Assembly (NCBI GenBank): GCA_030141605.1 | Contig: JAQGDQ010000277.1 | Span: 242,803-306,802, forward strand | Reading direction: 5' to 3' | DNA: 64,000 bases | Origin: Tubiluchus corallicola | Lineage: Eukaryota > Animalia > Priapulida | Shown here: in pieces, positions 9,801 through 38,815 of the stretch | Numbering within the stretch: position 1 is the first letter of the stretch | Layout of the letters: each line of letters starts with the position of its first letter | Notes under the pieces: generated by a model | Told to the model about the DNA's origin: nothing | Database searches by the model: none | Seen by the model: the letters and a program-made list of their open reading frames with translations, nothing else | Made by a program: the position numbers and the translations under genes

Positions 9801-12623
9801 GAAAAGGCTGCAAAGTTTTTGCGCATGCAATGTAAATCAAAACAAGTTCCCAGAAAATTATGAAGCCATGATGACATCTGTTCCAGGGTCTTTGCAATCC
9901 ATTTCTGCTACTTTTGATACAAAAACGGTTGTGGTTTTCAAACTGGCCGCCACACAAAAAGAAATTATGTCGATCAGTTCTAGTACCAGTTTTACCTAAA
10001 GATTTATTATAAAAACAAAAGCAACTCACTTTATTTTTAATTCGACCTTTTTGAATCTAAATACTGCTAGACTAATAACTAATAATAAGAAATAAGCAAA
10101 AAAGAAAGTGACCTCGACGTATAGTCCAGCAGAATCGTGAAAAATTGCTCATGTCGTCTAAACGTTATGAAATTTAGCACAATGCTAAAACCCGTCGTTA
10201 TTAATTTTGGATAAGAAAATCCTCCAACATGGGCGCCATTGTCAACATGGCCAATAAGATGGCTGGTTAGCATATAAAGGTCATATCTTAACGATTAGAA
10301 CAGATAAAATGATGATTTGGTGTCTAAATATAGGTTCTAAGGGTCAAGCAGCTCATAACTAATGCTTAAAAACGCTTATGTGCTCTAACAGCTAAAATGC
10401 TGCTTTAAAAAAACTAGCAACAGCCTTCCATCTTCTAGGCCATTTTGAATGAGTTTTTTCGGCCTCATATCCAAAATTAATCACTTTGATGGGTTTTAGC
10501 TTTGTGCAAAGTTTTTTGGCCGTTCTACAAGAGACTATTACTTTAGGATCCAGGTCAATTTCATGGCGGTTGCCAGATTGTTATGGCACCTTGTGTTTAC
10601 AATACATTAGTAAGAACGCATGTTCTAAGGCAGATAAGATAATAATTTTAGTGTCTAGATATAGGGCTTTAAAAGTGAAAGCTACAGATTAGTGTCCATT
10701 GAGGCCGCAACTTTCATGATGGCCAATAAGATTCCTATCGCTAGCATCGAATAAATACGACACTACAGTTGTCAGAGCAGATAAGATGATTTTTTGGTGC
10801 ATAAATGTAGTTTTTCAAGGTCAAAGAATCCATATCTGGTGTTAGGGCAGTGATTAATACTTGGACAAACAGTACCTGCCTGATATACTATTCCTCTGGT
10901 GTGCCCCAACTATGAGGCATATGTTGGAAGAATTGTCACCAAAACACCTTTCTAGTGAACAAGCCTTTACATGCTTTCCAAACTGACATCAATGTGCTAG
11001 CTTTGTGATACAGGAGTACAACAAAAACTGGTCCTACCCTAAACCCTTGACCTTTAAAGCCTACATATAGATACTAATATCATAGTCCTATTTACCTTTG
11101 GTCAGGTAATATAGCTAATATATTACCCACCCGGCTGCAAGTATTTTGGCAGCCATTTTGAAATCTAACTGCAGTAATGTCATAGGTGTTTCTGGGCATC
11201 AGAAATTGATTCCCTGCCAGTGAAAACCTAACATACATTTTGACACCGAAGTTGTCATCTTAACTGTGTCAAACGTTAGGATATGGCTTTCAAAACTAGC
11301 AATTACAGGCATGGATCTTGTCAACCAGTTTGAAAATGGCACCAATATTGGATTTGGATGATGTTCGGTTGGCCTCATATCCAAAATTAATCACCCTGAT
11401 TGGTTTTAACTTTGTGCAAAGTTTTGTAACCTAGCGAAAATAACAGATTTTTCACCATTCTACAAGACACTTACGTCGGGATCCCGTCGGCCATTTTGTT
11501 TTTTATTTATTGGGCTGTTTGAATCGCTTTGTATTTTTTGAGACTAGTAGCAGTTTTCTGTATTCAAGAAGATCCAGTTGTTCTTGTTTGTATAATGAAT
11601 CTTATAATGAAACTGTTAAGCAAATGCATGATCGGCATTATTTCGTTATTGCGCGGCAGGCATTTTGAATACGGTAGTTATTTTTGAAATGAAAATGACA
11701 GAAATGGGGTCCTCAGATCCAACTACCTGAGGATCGCATCTAGCCAATTAAACAAACAAACAAATTGATTTTGTAAATGCAATTCACAAACAGCATCGAC
11801 AACCTGTTTAAACGTTTAATTAAGTGTTTTCTGGTATTTTTAATGCAATTCTTAAAGTGATTATAGTTTTTATAAGTGATTTGATAGTATCTAGCTATAA
11901 GCACGATGAGGATAAATGCTGTGAGGCCATTCAGCTTCTCATATTTTTGTTACCTGTTATTTCCAAAATTATTCCTTCTGGTGGTGTTTCTGAAGACAAA
12001 ATTGGCATCCTCATGGTCTCTATCCCTGTTGTATGAAAATCAATTCTCTCTATCCGATCATTGTTGGTCAAATCAAGATCAGCAGATGTCAAAGCAGTGC
12101 ATTCGCTAAATGAGAGGCTAATGACATCTGTTAATCTCGAAAAAGCCAGTGGATGGACCGTGGTCAACCGGTTGTTAGACATAATCGACACTTCTGATAT
12201 GTTGCCCGCTAAGACGTTGGCTCCCAGTTCTTCGAGTTTGGACGAAGATATGGTCAATGTGCCAACACTTCTTCCTTGCAGAAACCCCCGTGGCAACTGG
12301 GAATCTTGGTAGTTGTAGACACTTAGCTGATGTGTGGAATCTGGTAGAGCATTTGTCAAGATGGCCAGATCAATGGCGAATACTTCTGCATCCTGTAATC
12401 TACCACAGATAACGATGCACTGTCCAAAGATGTTGTAGCTGCAATCTGGTAGAAAAGCACCGCACATTGAATCTATGTCATTATCGGATATCTCAATGCA
12501 GCGAATATAGCACAGTGTTGAGTGGTGGTAGTCGCAGTCCCTGGATAAGTGTGTACAGATAGGTTTCTGAGACTTGGAAACCATCATCAGAATCAGCACA
12601 ATCCACAAACTCCTTAAAAACAT
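1..12623 (-). CDS. Multi-module secreted/cell-surface LRR protein: signal peptide + >=5 x [8-Cys cap + LRRs + LRRCT + Thr-rich linker]; 3' end outside the window
   Basis: Manually spliced exons 12623-11954, 9312-7987, 7134-6214, 3969-3064 and 818-<1. All introns are GT-AG and phase 1; internal exons are 1326, 921 and 906 nt (multiples of 3). N-terminus MFLRSLWIVLILMMVSKSQ is signal-peptide-like. Each junction recreates an LRRCT motif (T-D-[NS]-P-[LF]-x-C-x-C-x-[LM]-x-W). LRR strands such as FLFLVGNSNLININPLAFSQLKSLTRLIIT. Confidence 0.88.
768..1105. repeat. 73-bp tandem repeat (4 copies + 1 degenerate) of the splice acceptor plus the first ~52 nt of the exon
   Basis: Units start at 768, 841, 914 and 987; alternating variants ggtccatgctagatcacaat / ggtcaatactagatcataat. 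Confidence 0.93.
1622..2855. mobile_element. Probable non-autonomous DNA transposon (MITE-like) with CCCGAA-rich subterminal arrays; second copy ~4773-6006
   Basis: Both ends (1630-1785 and 2665-2840) are GC-rich clusters of cccgaa/ccccgaacc motifs around an AT-rich core; only degenerate terminal inverted similarity. Confidence 0.45.
3064..3969 (-). CDS. LRR gene exon 4 (chimeric): LRRCT + linker + module 4
   Basis: Acceptor TTTTTACAG|AT at 3969; donor at 3064; 906 nt; overlaps ORF 2948..3916. Confidence 0.85.
3919..4255. repeat. Second copy of the 73-bp acceptor-containing tandem repeat
   Basis: Same array within the duplicated unit; 1-bp deletion in the second unit (ggagtactgt). Confidence 0.93.
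6214..7134 (-). CDS. LRR gene exon 3: LRRCT + linker + module 3
   Basis: Acceptor TTATTTAG|AT AAT CCG TTA ATA TGT GAA TGT at 7134; donor at 6214; 921 nt; overlaps ORF 6098..7108. Confidence 0.87.
7987..9312 (-). CDS. LRR gene exon 2: LRRCT + ~190 aa Thr/Ser/Met-rich mucin-like linker + module 2
   Basis: ORF 7847..9325; acceptor TTTTCCAG|AC at 9312, donor ACAG|GTAGG at 7987; 1326 nt. Confidence 0.87.
10066..11550. mobile_element. Degenerate non-autonomous element with internal repeats in LRR gene intron 1
   Basis: ggcctcatatccaaaattaatcac...tttgtgcaaagtttt occurs twice (~10461 and ~11371); repeated cagataa(g/a)atgat...gtgtcta motifs at ~10290, ~10630 and ~10775. Confidence 0.4.
11954..12623 (-). 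CDS. LRR gene exon 1: signal peptide + Cys cap + LRR module 1
   Basis: ORF 11931..12662; ATG at 12623; donor ACAG|GTAAC at 11954/11953, at the same protein position as in the other modules. Confidence 0.85.
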
Positions 12624-12675
12624 TTTTGTTCGGGTACAAGGGCTAAAATTTTGTGAAAACACGGCAGTGTTTGCC

Positions 12676-12686
12676 CTCTATATTCT
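12676..12686 (-). promoter_or_regulatory. Candidate TATA-like box of the LRR gene
   Basis: AATATAGAGGG on the minus strand ~55 bp upstream of ATG 12623. Confidence 0.3.
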
Positions 12687-14481
12687 CCCCTTTGTCTACC
12701 TAGTCTGTTGAAGTGACACGCATTTTGATCCAAACTAGTCTGAGACAATAAATTTTTGGGATCTCTCATTCAGGTCACTGAACGTATTAATTTGGGATAA
12801 ACTACCTAAACAAGTTCATACGGGGGTTTTCTTTTATGATACTGTTGTAAATCACATCTTTTTTTGACAAGGAACATATTTGCAAGGAGCATATTAAGTT
12901 TAGTTTTGTTTGATAACCTTTGTACGGTTCCATTTTTACCCTAAGGCTACACCTGAATTGAATCAGTAGGCTGGAGCATTTTATAGGCAAAGATCTGATA
13001 TAAACGCTTGACGATTCTGAACGATTTCTGAAGAATCAACTCACCGTATGAAAGGTCAAAAGTGCTGTTATGAGGGCAATAAGCAGCCAACCTCGATTTT
13101 AGAAGTAAATCGCAGTGTCGTCCTCAGGCACAATTGCAGCCAGTTCTTTTAGGCAGATACGTAGTTTTTAACTTCTTAATAATTACAACATAGGAAACAG
13201 GTATGTGTAGGCTGCACCGTGAAATTAACCTGTCGATCTTAAAACTATGAAGTGCGTATTCTACTGTTTCTGCTTGAACAGTTTTATTTTTGTTTGCTAT
13301 TCTTCTCTCTTGCTCTTCAGGTTTCTTGCATGCCCTTATATATTTTTGGCTGACGTAAACGACTTCACGTAAAAAAACAAAAACTATAAGGCGGTTGAAA
13401 ATAAAATTTATGTGATTAACAGGTAACGACCCGGATGGGCATCGGTGACTTGACTTTTTACCGCAGGTTATTTAAACTAGTATGAGTTTGAGGGGTCGGT
13501 GATCTAGTGAATTGTAAAGGTAGGGATAATTCGTAGTAATAAAGAACTGAGAACATATTAAGCTAGGGGGAATGTAAAAGAAAGTCCGATTTTATAACCT
13601 TTTGCAAATTGCAGTTAGGCCACAGTTATTTCATGTGGAGGTCAGCCGGACGATACCTGTACAGTAGCAGTATAGATATTCGATTCGAGGTGAGTTGATC
13701 GGGTGGGGCACTGGGAAAAATTGAATGCCTATCGGTGGTTAAACGAAGATAAACTAAGATTAAATTAAGTCACAATTAAAATGTATTTATTTTATATGAA
13801 TTTATGCAAATCCGTACTATTCGTCAAAAATCAATTAGATCAAGTCACGTTATTTTTATGGGTGAAACAATTTAGCGAAGTCAGTAATCTAATCTTGATG
13901 CTTAAACCTGTTAATAGTAATACGGAACCCGTAATAAAGGAAGTAGAAGAGGGATGTGGTAACTACGCAATATTTGTAGGGCGTTACCTAGATGACACAG
14001 AGATAAATTCTTTCCAGGAAGAGACGAACTAATAAATAGAAAATCCACAAAAAAGAAAAAAAGAAGAAAACGTTTCAGTCTACCACTGTAGCCAATCTTA
14101 AGGTGAAAAAGAAAGGCACAAAATATTACGTAAATCACAGAGTCTATTAACATGAATCCCCCCAAAAAATTAATTTAGTGACGATGGAATAAACCCAAAA
14201 TTGTTGAATTCTGAAACAAAACTTGGCCGAAAAAAACGAGATGTGAACCAGGCTTCTGTGAACACGACACGTCTTAATTCAATCCTTATAGCTAGGCAAC
14301 ATTTGTGGCTTTATTCTGTCTTTAGTGATGATCTTCAAACATTTTTGTAGATTTTTACTTGCCTCCCAGAGAGAATCATCAGCGTGTGTTTTTGTTCCTT
14401 TGTTCCGGGGATCAGCCATTTATTTTGTAACATTGTGTATTTGATTGCTAAACCAAAACCGTTGCCATATAAAATCGATCA

Positions 14482-14730
14482 GACGGTATAGTCTAACGGT
14501 AAGCGCGCCAGCTTTTCGTCTGAGAGGTCCTTAGTTCAATATTGCGGCCGGGTCATAATAGATTTTAAAAATTGTACTAGTAGTTGCACTTTCTGATGCG
14601 TGGTATTCAGGGCAAAAATGGGGTTATATTAATCTCTGTTATGTAGTTGTAGTTTGCTATTTACAGTTGGCGAAAAAGCCTTGTGGCAGGCTTGTGTTGT
14701 CTGCTGAATTTAAACCAACTTTTAATAAAG
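14482..14730 (+). mobile_element. tRNA-derived SINE, V-SINE-like core
   Basis: tRNA-like head with A box (TAGTCTAACGG) and B-box-like GTTCAATA, followed by GGTCATA...TTTAAAAATTGTACT...TGATGCGTGGTATTCAGGG, which resembles from memory the V-SINE central domain. Confidence 0.5.
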
Positions 14731-14789
14731 GTTATTTTTATTATTTATAACCGTGGTCACCGACTGTATATCATCATTATCATCTCTGG

Positions 14790-15115
14790 AGACACATGTC
14801 CTCTGACATGACCCTTACAATCACTTTAGACCGCGCCTCCCTGCCACCCTCAACTTTCCATGTCTCCGTATTTTTCATATGTAATGGCGTTGATAAGACC
14901 TTTTATGATGAAATGATGTAAGTCAGCAGCTGTCCTCCTTTCCTTTCTGCAGTGCTTCTTTGAAAGCTAATTTTAATGGGCTGTCATCTGGCAGTCGTAT
15001 AACATGTCATATCCATCTTAATCTTCTTCTTTTGATTTTAACTGTTCATTCCTCTGTCTTGAATTTACTATACAGATCCTGATTTGATATTTTCTTTGAC
15101 TATTTTATTCCTAGA
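14790..15115 (-). mobile_element. Degraded RTE-type LINE 3' fragment
   Basis: Minus-strand translation with stops ...ILGIK*SKKISNQDLY...IKRRRLRWI*HVIRLPDDSP, matching the RTE ORF2 C-terminal 'RRLRWxGHVxR' motif. Confidence 0.65.
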
Positions 15116-15779
15116 ATGTACACTTTACACTGGCATACAGAGCAGGGAGCTACATGTTCCACGTACATCTTACACGTTCGCTGCAAAACGATCTGAATTG
15201 TCTGAATAACCGTCTCGTTAGTCGGTTAATGGGCAACAAATTTACTGGCACTAATAACGCTAGCCAAAGCCGAATTTGCGGTAAATTGGTGCTAAACCTG
15301 TTGACGTTTAGGAGAGGATTTTATATAATTTCACGCGATGTGTTTGCCGCTTCTGACCAGAGTGGTAATCGGGTGACTGCTTCATCAGCTGCTGAGCAAA
15401 ATTGCTTGGAAGGGTGGCAAGGATGGACGGAAGGAAAAATAGCTAAATAGCTCATCGTGTAAGTTCAGCAGCAGCTTTTTAAATGCACCGAATGAAAGCT
15501 TTAGCTGTGTTAAGTCAAGTCAATAACTTGTGAATATTGCTGATAACGAAGCGGCACAGAAGGTAATGGTGCCTCCACCTTCTCTGTGGCCAGTAAATAG
15601 TACGTTCAACCGTGACAAATGGCGAAAGTTTAAAGAAGCCATTTCTGACAAGATTGAGCAATTACAAACATTTTCACATCGCTCATTCTACGGAAGTCCT
15701 AATACGAAAGTAATTTTTCCCTCCTGTATTTCCTGATCAAAGTGAGACGCAAAAACCTAGTTTTTCTATTGCTGTTTAG

Positions 15780-15780
<1 letters not shown>

Positions 15781-15817
<37 letters not shown>
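15781..15817. repeat. (ATT)n microsatellite
   Basis: Direct inspection. Confidence 0.95.
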
Positions 15818-15819
<2 letters not shown>

Positions 15820-17055
15820 CCATACAAAATACCTATTTACTTATTGAAAAGAAGAAGACACGCATGGCAGATCGTGTCATTTCTGTTAAACCAATTTTTA
15901 ACTTAAAATGAAAATAAATGCCATCACTCACTTAAGTAAAGACATTACTATTTATTCCATCACCATCATCTGCGACGTTTCAACTATAACATGGTCATGT
16001 ACCTAACAAAATATAATGCATAAAAATAAACATTGAGGTTCAAAAATCCACATTGTGAAAAGCAAACTAAACAATTACCAAATTGTAAACTTATAACATC
16101 GAGTAGTACATTGCCAATCAGCAGAACATAACATTGTGCTGGAGTAACTTCATTTTTTCTGTCACAATATGCATTTATCTAATTCATTATCAATTTTTAT
16201 ACATTATGTTTTTGTTAGGTAGATTGTTGCGTGATCGTGACCACGTTATGGTTGTGAAATGTTGGACAGTCATTTTCATTTTAAGAATTCGTTTTCCGTA
16301 TTACCTATAAGCTTTTCACTTTGCAAAAAACCACGCAAAGAGATTATGAAAAAGAATTTAACACAATTGCCTTTTGATAGAGTTACGTAAAAATGAATGT
16401 CATCATTGCCGTAGGGAATTCGTAAAAATCATGTTTTTTCTGATCATGAATCAACTTAGTGGTGCAAACACTGAGCTTTTACTTGCCGATGCAAACAGGC
16501 GTTATGGACTATTTACTATTACCATACTTCTTATCGAGCAAATTGCAAATTAGTCGTCATATAATTTCGATATCATATGTAATTTAGACAAATTATGTTT
16601 GCGTTAAAGAGTTATTTTATCTAGCCGCGGGGCAGGAAAGAAACGGAGTGACATGAAATACAATTTAACCCTAAAAGCGAGGACGTTATACAAGTTTTCA
16701 CCTCTGTATTATAACAATAAATAAAGCTCCTAGCTTACCAAATACCTGATATGATTTGAATAAAAACACCAGTACGGCAAATCCGAATAGATGGCCAGTA
16801 TAACATAACGACTTTTAATTTTTAATTCCAGTGTTTGATTCACCGCGGCTGGTAAAGAGTTAGAAGAGAATTTAATATAAGTGAATCTATGCAAATTGAG
16901 TTATGGTGACGATGATAACAATTTTGTACACGATTTGCACACTCAAATCTGCCCTGGGGGAAAATCAGACTGATCAGGTGCATTTGCAGAGGAGTGATAA
17001 AACAGAAAAAAGGAAAAAACAATGAAAAAGTGCTTATACAATGAAAATATACATG

Positions 17056-17128
17056 CGCATTAGTAGCTCAAGTGGTAGAGCATGTACCACAGAAGGACAA
17101 GGTTCGGCTCAAATCCTGATTGGGCCAT
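17056..17128 (+). mobile_element. Degenerate tRNA-like sequence (SINE head or tRNA pseudogene)
   Basis: A box TAGCTCAAGTGGTAGAGC and decayed B box GCTCAAATCC; stems do not pair as in a functional tRNA. Confidence 0.5.
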
Positions 17129-19192
17129 AATTTCTCTGTTCTTCCCTTTCCACTTAATCATTAGTCATTAGGCAGCTAGGATGGCCTTGTAATGTGTGCG
17201 TGTGTGTATGCGTGTGCACATGCTCGTGTTAACATGCGTGAAATTGCTAGAGAGAGAAAGAATGGACAGAGAGGAGGGAAGAAAATGCAGGAGGAAGTGT
17301 TGAAAGAGAAAAAGTTACCTGTAGAAAAATATAAAGCTATTAAAATCGCCAGTATATCGAATTAATATTTATTAGATACATTTTCACAAAAAAATATTAT
17401 AAATACAATTATAGGCCATATTCACTAGTAATGCAAATAAATATAATATAATTAAATACAATACAAGGAATTTCCAAAATTAATTAGAGCAAACATTTGT
17501 CCAGGACACCTGAGCCCGAACATAAGTTGTTGTTAAAAATATAGCAAAAGTGTACACAACATATTACCATAAATAAATAGACTGACAGCAGGCAATTATG
17601 GATTTAGAATTTAAAATACCGCTCATATGGACGACACTCATTTGTAATTCTTTTGATGAGTTTGAGAATAAAAATAAATAGAATAAATTAATATAACTCT
17701 GGCTGGACGTATTTATAAGATAGAAATATTACATGAAATATATCCAGTATCATGCAAGATGTGAAAAATTAATGACTGGGTCTGGATTTTTACGGTAGTG
17801 CACATTGAAAACTAGAAGTACACACTATATTGTGATGATGGTAGTTGCAGTCAAGGTTGTGATCAAGGTTAAATTTGATCATCTATAAAAAGAGTTTAAT
17901 AATTACTTTAGCAGCAGTAATCCAACATTGGGGCATGTTAAACGGGCTGGTGCATTATTAGACTTGTCATAAAGTCATGATCATGAGGAGCTGTATAGTT
18001 TACAGGTCACGGAATGGTGTAATCCAAAAGTTCCAGGTTCAAATCCAAGCTCAGTATCACCTTTGCACATTTACTTCTATTTTAATTTCATTTTAATTTT
18101 TAATTTAAATCAAGATTAATTTAAATTTTTTTATAAGTGTAAGTTTATTCCACACTTGCTCAGTATGGAATTGATCAGAAAGTGAGAGGCTATATTTCCT
18201 CTAAGGAGAGTATTTAGCAAGGAATAAATCAAATGTTGTGAAAAAAAAAACAGCTTAAAATATATAATTAATTTCATCAATTATGAAAACAAAGAAATTA
18301 TTTCTCCAGAATAATACAACTTTTACAAAACTCTGTTAGGAAATTAAATAAACTTAAGCACAAAAACTGCAATAACAATTTTATAGAATTAATTTTTATA
18401 AAAAGCTCGTAAATAATATTAACATCCACAAAAACGTCCAATCAAATTCTGACAGTAGAAATGGAAAATCAGCAGTAAACCAGGACTGCAAAGAACTGTA
18501 CATGTAATTTTACACAACACAAAATTAACTTAATAATAACGTAATTACTGAACGTAAGATGATTAAAAAAATCAAGCATCTTAATAAGCAGTTTATGACA
18601 TAACATGAGAGCTCTCAGTAAAGTGGTATTGTTGTCCGAATGAAATCGACATACTGCAGATGACCGCAGAAAATTGATTTCCTACATTGACACAGATTGT
18701 AAGTTTTCACTTAAAATTACATAGACTGACCCAAAAATTAGTAAGCTCCTATAGTATGACATATAGCAGTATGCCAAGTACCGGCTTAATAGATTACGCC
18801 ACGTTCGAGAAAGACACATATAGCTACCCAATTCGCTCAGGCAACTATAACAAAGAAAATATTGGAAAACTGAAAGTCAAATTAGTGAAGAGTTGTGATG
18901 GAGTGGTAACTGCTGGGATGTGATAAAAAACATTGGCTGCTATCTTACTAGGACATGCAGCATTTAGAATATAGCAGTTAGCTTAAATCCTATTTCGGAT
19001 CTCAACCTTTTTAATACCTCTTTTGCTTTTTTCAAGCCCCCAAAAACATTAACATTTGTTAATAGCTAGTACTGACAGGTATTACTCATACAAGGTGTTA
19101 CTTATCAAATGTTATTCAGATTCGACAATCCAGTCACCATATGTTATAATTTAACATGAATTAAAATACTGGCCGGTATTAGGAATCAATAC

Positions 19193-35630
<16,438 letters not shown>

Positions 35631-36469
35631 CTGTGCAACTTTGAAGTAACAACAAACTTTACTGAGATGTGACAAATTTCCCAAATCAAAGCAGTCAGGC
35701 TTTTTTCAGAAATAATAATCACTAAGCATCCAGTTATTTTCACATTTCTTCTCACAGTTTGTTGTTTGGTAGCCTAACTTTCCTGTAACTGTTCCAAGTT
35801 CAGTAGCACTTCTTACTGTTTTCTTTACAATGCATACATGTGATACTGTTGAATTCTATGAAGGAACCTTGCCGAGTGTTAACTTTCACAGTTCGAGTAT
35901 ATTATAAAATAATTTAAAGTAGTGTCATCAAGTTATGTTGTACTCTAAACAAAAAAGTCGATTGCCGAGACACGGTGACAAAATTTGTCTGACAACCATC
36001 GTTCTTTACGCAGAAAAATCAATTCTGTGAAACAGAACAGTGCTACAGTAGTTCTAACAACAGATGCCTAAAACAAAACAAAAAAAATCATCATTACTGA
36101 TTACAGAAAAAACATTTTTAACTAGAAAAAAAATTAGTCAGTATTATACTAAATAGTTTTCTGTTTAATTATTTTAAAACTTTTTTTAAGACTAGAAATA
36201 TTTTAATATTTATTATAAGACTTTTTTAAAACTTAGTGGCTGCTGACTTCCATAGAGGATCCGTGTTCAGAAGAAATTTTGCTCCAACAACAAATGATCA
36301 CATGTTCTCCTGTAATATCGGTGAGCTCCGACAATGAGTGACTGAGTCCCTGAGGACAACACAAGCACTGCCGCCACAGATGGTTCTCATAGTAGGCTAC
36401 CATCGGGAAGATATTGCTGCACATTGGAATTTTTAAACATTCTATGAAAATTTAAATAAACTTACATCA

Positions 36470-37132
36470 TTTATCCAAATGAATTGCGACAAACTGTGTA
36501 CTTTTACAGTTTCCAAACATTCCAACACCAAAGATAATATGCTTAGCTTAAAATATTAGTTTCTATCTGTATCCAGAGATCTTTGCACTGCATGTCGGAT
36601 TGCAAAGCAAGAGATGAATTAGCATTTTGGATAGAGTATTTTGTGATTTTATCATTATTTAGCTGATTAGATACATACAGTCCAACCCCACCTGCTCTTG
36701 TATTAGAATCAGTAGGTAAAAAAGAGTAATTGGGTATATTACATAAAAAATATTTTTATTGTTAACTCGAGTCTTCGACACCGCTATTATGTCGGGTGGC
36801 CTCTTAAAATGCTGAAGCACATCTGTTATGTCATGATAGTGTTTGTGAAGGCTATTGGGATTAATATGTATGAAGCTAAAATCCTTATCATTGTGGTGCA
36901 AAAAGGCCGATGACAGTAGCAAGGTGAGTTTGTAGTATTTGCTATCATACAGAGTGTTATGATTAATGTCGGGATCTTTATCATCATCATCATTAAACGA
37001 GGACAAGCTAGCTGTACAATTGAGTGATAGTAACTGTTCAATTTCACTATTGCAATAATTAAAATGGACAAAATCATGAAAGTCATCATCGTCTGCCATC
37101 TGAAGTGGTAATATCGAATTAATGCAAGGCAA
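36470..37132 (-). mobile_element. Degraded LINE (CR1/L2-like) ORF2 APE endonuclease fragment
   Basis: FSFIHINPNSLHKH...PDIIAVSKTR, then after a frameshift NIPNYSFLPTDSNTRAGGVGLYVS and later DLWIQIE; these are APE-domain motifs. Confidence 0.8.
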
Positions 37133-38579
37133 GCAAAAGTATGTATCACTAGAATTAGCTAAATTTTGAAACTGTTGTAATGATAGGTATGTGCACTTCA
37201 GATGGCACCAATTCTAACAGTTGTCACAATAAAAGGCATTCTGATTTGACCTACAGACTTTAGAGCAAACTGAACATGGATAAGATGCCATATATTAAAT
37301 AACTGAAAAGTGCAACAATAAGGTTAAAGATGAGAATTGGTCTGCGATGACATGGTTATATCCCTTTCCCAGCAGAATTAGAAATTACATGTAAGGGTTA
37401 AAAAAAAGTTACTGCTTTATTTCTGTGTTGTCTGCATTAGCCTGCTTATCCTTATGTTCGCAATCGAGATTCTGTTTTTCATTATCAATTCAAACATCAA
37501 TACAGTTCGATAAAGTATGCAACCCTAAAATCTCGTAACCACTCTGAAGCCGTGATGTGATGACACGAACGCCTAGATGAACCATATAAAAGTAAATCTG
37601 GCTACTTTTAATTTATTTTGGTTGTCATTCATACACACCTACATGAAAATGAGTAATCAGTATGATGCGACGAGTGCGTAACCTAACGAACTCAATTATG
37701 CGGACTGACACATCCGTTCACGGAGCGATTTGTCTATCGTACACAGATATCCGTTGCAGGAGCCACTGCGTTTTTAAAATCTGCATGATGAACGACTTTG
37801 CATAATTTTCAAAACACAACGACCATTACACAGATAAATAACGGATACATAACCTAAAATAATGAAAACTCTGACGCAAAAACGATAATCGAAAACTAAT
37901 TGAAACTACTACTCTTGCTCTTGCTTTTTTACGTTCATCAATACGGGCAATCTTAGAATCCATGTGGAGCGTGATTGGGATTTCTAACATTTCGTTCGTA
38001 AGCATTGACTATAAACTCAATAGATTTCTGGATCGCTAAGCCTGGTATAGATGAACATTTAAAACAATTTTTGATACACTGACAGCGTTGAAACTTGTAC
38101 TAACGTGCATTACAGCTTTCCATGATAGCTATGGTAATTAATTATATTTTTAATGATGGTATAAGACTCAGTGAGTATGCACAAACATTGTTCTGTGCAT
38201 CGCTGTTCTAAGTTTGCCCACTCAAGAAAGTCATAGGAGTTACACCATTATATTACATCTCTATGATATTGTAATTATTACTCCTACACAAATCCTACCA
38301 CCTGTGCTGCACTCGCTCAAGTTCCAAAAGAGTTATAGCTTTTGTATGGATCTCAAACTGAAGAAAATATACGTATTCTAATTTTGGCCTTAATATAGAC
38401 TTGCAAGCAGAGTCTTTGATAGCTTTTTGGCAATGCTTGAGATTTCTGTGAAGAATTCCCATAACGTATTCATGACTTTGGTTGCTACTTTTTAATTCGA
38501 ATTTTTTAATGATTTACCATCTAAAATGCACAGTGGTTTGTAAACATTGGAATAAACGTAAGGAAAACGTATATCGCAC

Positions 38580-38815
38580 AGTCAACACTAAAATGCTATA
38601 GCCAATCTGGCTTCTTTTTATGTAATGTGTCTAAGTCCTTTTGTAAAGTATGGCAGTCATTATAAAATTTGGTAGGATGATACATAACACAGTCGTAAAT
38701 AAAACCCATGCTGCAGATAAAAATTTGCAGCAAGATCATTAAATTTTGTGAATATAAAAATGATACTAGTCCCAATACTGTCCCTTGCAGAGTTCCAGAA
38801 ATTAGATTACCAGGT
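38580..38815 (-). mobile_element. Degraded LINE reverse-transcriptase fragment
   Basis: SGTLQGTVLGLVSFL...DCVMY...DCHTLQKDLDTL, a decayed SGVPQGSVLGPLLF / FADD / LQxDLDxL motif set. Confidence 0.75.

Noticed and set aside
15154-15736. Plus-strand ORFs of 98 and 68 aa
   Set aside because: No recognisable domain or splice pattern; possibly TE debris.
17056-17128. Functional tRNA gene
   Set aside because: T-loop and stems are degenerate; more likely a SINE head. Similar weaker heads at ~17990-18055 and ~26160-26230.
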